A stretch of DNA of 64,000 bases, taken from assembly GCF_006345805.1 (NCBI RefSeq), contig NC_043021.1, positions 27,466,001-27,530,000 on the forward strand. The letters run 5' to 3'. A program made the translations under genes and the position numbers. Below are positions 62,756-64,000 of this stretch, one piece after another. Numbering within the stretch: the stretch's first letter is position 1; every line of letters starts with the position of its first letter. Origin of the DNA: Octopus sinensis (Eukaryota). The notes under the pieces were generated by a model. The model made no database searches. It saw only the letters and a list, made by a program, of their open reading frames with translations, and was not told where the DNA came from.

Positions 62756-63359
62756 CGTCAACTTCAGAATCTGCGAGGAAGAAAATGCCCAGCAGAATTA
62801 AGTTCAGAGCCGAGTTTCGTGACAAGAAAAACTCTCCAAAAACGTCGCCCGTCGAAAAGCTGTCGATGTCGCGCTTCTAATCTTCACACCCTTCTTCTAA
62901 GACAACAATGTGCGACATTCAACCCTGAACTAACCTCGGTCCACTGCGGTTCCATCGAAGAAATGAATTGTTGGGGAGAATACTTCGCTAGCGCTGACAA
63001 TCACCTGTTCACCTTCTGGGAACAACTACAGATGCTGCAAGTTCCAGTCTGTTCCTACCCTTCATTATCTCCTGCATGCTGGATCACTCGGTGTAGATGA
63101 AAATTTGTTTAGAGCGAAAGAGCAGACTGGTCTACCGACTGGTCTGGTTAAATAAAAGAAATTGGGACAATGCCATAGAGTTCAGTTAATTATAAACTGA
63201 CCAGGCGATGTTGAAATCCTGCCAGACATTTCACAGATTGTTACGTCTCGATCTAATTCTTACAGAAACTAGCGACTCGGATCGTAAACTCATCCCAGTT
63301 CCTGGCTACTTTGTAATGTATTTAAAACCTAAAACTCGGTGAATGTGATTATCTTTTAT

Positions 63360-63740
63360 TTCTTTATCTTGTTTCAGTCAGTAGACTGCGGCCGTACTGA
63401 AGCACGACCTTGAAGTATATCTAAGCGAATCAACGGGCTACAGTACTTATTTCATTTTTGAAAAACCTCATAATCATACTAACGGTGTTTTTGGCCGAAC
63501 CACTAAGTTACGGGGACGTACATATACCAACACCGGTTGTCAAGCAATGGTGGGGGACAAACACAGATACCCATAGATATAAATATACACGACGAGCTGC
63601 TTTTAGTTTCCGTCTACCAAATCCACTCACAAGACCCGAGCGTATTGTAGGAGACAATTGACCATGGCGTCACGCAGTGACACAGAACTTCAAAGCAAGT
63701 AGAGAAGCAAGCTTCTTAACACAAGACCATGCCTCACCTT
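63360..63740 (-). mobile_element. SINE family B, diverged
   Basis: TTGTTTCAGTCA..CCGGTTGTCAAGC..TTTCCGTCTACCAAATCCACTCAC. Confidence 0.75.
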
Positions 63741-64000
63741 GTGTGCACACAGCCCACGCCTACGCTTATATTATCAACAATTTTGATCTTTTACAATTTT
63801 GATCTGGGTTCAAAGCACACCGAGTTTTCATGCTTCCGAGGTCGATAAAATAAACTCTCTATCAAGTACTAAGGTCAATAATGTAATCGAGAGTACTCTC
63901 CCCTAACATCTTTGATTTTGTGTCAATGGTAAACATTAAAAGTGCATTTATAACAATTTTATTTCTTAACCAGAATGTCGTTTCTCAGCTGTTTCTACTA

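Overview
AT-rich, microsatellite-dense metazoan DNA, most likely intergenic or intronic octopus sequence (inferred from the SINE families; no search was run). No host gene can be called confidently; a few minus-strand segments at 5.7-16.5 kb look weakly like cadherin-type exons. Recognisable content: (i) about 45 copies or fragments of three tRNA-headed SINE families; (ii) R4/Dong-clade RT-RLE retrotransposons in (AAT)n repeats, one with a nearly intact 826-aa ORF at 9448-11928; (iii) a full-length DD34D mariner with an open 350-aa transposase at 20937-22211; (iv) decayed Tx1/L1, RTE, Helitron and Chapaev3-like remnants; (v) four decayed Penelope-like element (PLE) remnants. The most notable signal is a swarm of minimal type-I hammerhead ribozyme (HHR) folds from several unrelated short non-autonomous element families. 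At least 6 have intact catalytic cores and about 10 more are variant or decayed. Most sit in (TA)n tracts, and several are arranged as long fold-backs that look like MITEs. Two lie at the 3' end of PLE remnants, which suggests PLE-terminus-derived, retrozyme-like elements. Coordinates were read by eye; repeat boundaries are approximate.
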